Shown: positions 63,205-64,000 of the stretch, piece by piece
Position numbering within the stretch: position 1 is the first letter of the stretch
Layout of the letters: each line of letters starts with the position of its first letter
NCBI GenBank assembly: GCA_038087875.1
Contig: CM075990.1
Coordinates: forward strand, 9,302,001-9,366,000
Length of the DNA: 64,000 nt
Direction: 5' to 3'
Source of the DNA: Malacoraja senta
Taxonomy: Eukaryota
Position numbers and translations under genes: made by a program
The notes under the pieces: generated by a model
Told to the model about the DNA's origin: nothing
Seen by the model: the letters and a program-made list of their open reading frames with translations, nothing else
Database searches by the model: none

Positions 63205-63968
63205 GATTTAGATAGATAGATAGATAGAATCTTTATTTGCCACACGACCAGGGTTGGTGGTATTTGGGTTCGGTACATGATGGTACACTGCTTTAGTCAC
63301 ATTAACACTAATAATAATAAAGTGCATCCATACCACATCACAAATCACAAATCTCACCAACAATACATAGTGCAAAAGAACAGACAAAAACCATAGACGA
63401 CACTGTATACATCAAAGTCAAAAAGTTATTGGAGGGAATTAAGTGTTCTTATTGCTGAGGGGAAGAAACTGTTTTTAAAACGGGTGGATTTTGTAGCAAG
63501 TGACCTAAGGCGCCTCCCTGAAGGGAGAGACTGGAAAAGGTGGTTTGCTGGATGGGAGGGGTCCGAGATGATCTTTGTTGCCCGTTTTGAGGTACGTTGG
63601 AGGTAAATGGAATGGATTGAGGGGAGGGGAGAGTTGATGATCCTAGAGGCCTTGGAGACAATGCGCTGTATTCTGTGTAGTGAATGACTGTCAGTGTTTC
63701 CGTACCAGACTGTGATTGAGGAAGTGATGATGCTTTCAATGATGGATTGATAGAAGCGGACCAGGAGGTGTTTGTGGACTCTGAACTTTTTGAGCTGTCT
63801 GAGGAAGTATAGGCGTTGTTGTCCTTTCTTAATGATGTGGTCAGCATTGTTGTGCCATTTTAGATTATTGCAGATATAGGTGCCCAGAAACTTAAATAAG
63901 TTCGTGGAGGTTATGGGATGGGAGTTGACATGGACCGGGGGTTTGAGGTTTTGTTTGCTCCTGAAATC
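63205..63968 (-). mobile_element. 5'-truncated Rex1/Babar LINE, sister of 24646-26035
   Basis: Near-identical to about 24660-25410; (CTAT)n tail. Confidence 0.93.
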
Positions 63969-64000
63969 TAGTTAAAATATTATGAAGTGTAATTGCTGTG

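Overview
Eukaryotic, AT-rich, repeat-dense DNA, most likely from a cartilaginous fish (skate/ray/shark). This is inferred from HE1/V-SINE-like SINEs, CR1/HER1-like LINEs and abundant Penelope-like short repeats; there are no prokaryotic genes, operons or CRISPR arrays. The window is mostly transposon sequence, often nested. LTR elements: a full-length decayed Gypsy (1019-6545), a scrambled Gypsy whose inverted integrase and gag pieces are fused into one 323-codon open frame (13554-14826), and an internally deleted gag-only Gypsy (31080-32243). DNA transposons: a CGGBP1-like hAT (21386-23446), a Passport-like Tc1 (55781-57384), Harbinger and Tigger MITEs, and a Helitron-like element. Non-LTR elements: L1/Tx1, Rex1/Babar, RTE and CR1 LINEs, plus several Penelope-like ends carrying minimal hammerhead-ribozyme cores. 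Scattered minus-strand exons suggest the 3' end of a host gene I cannot identify; the best support is three phase-compatible exons at 26410-28098, including a probable GC-AG intron. I found no convincing wholly new biological system. The best leads are the hammerhead-bearing palindromic insertion and the scrambled Gypsy chimeric ORF. Family names are from recalled motifs, not database searches, and the boundaries of old relics are approximate.
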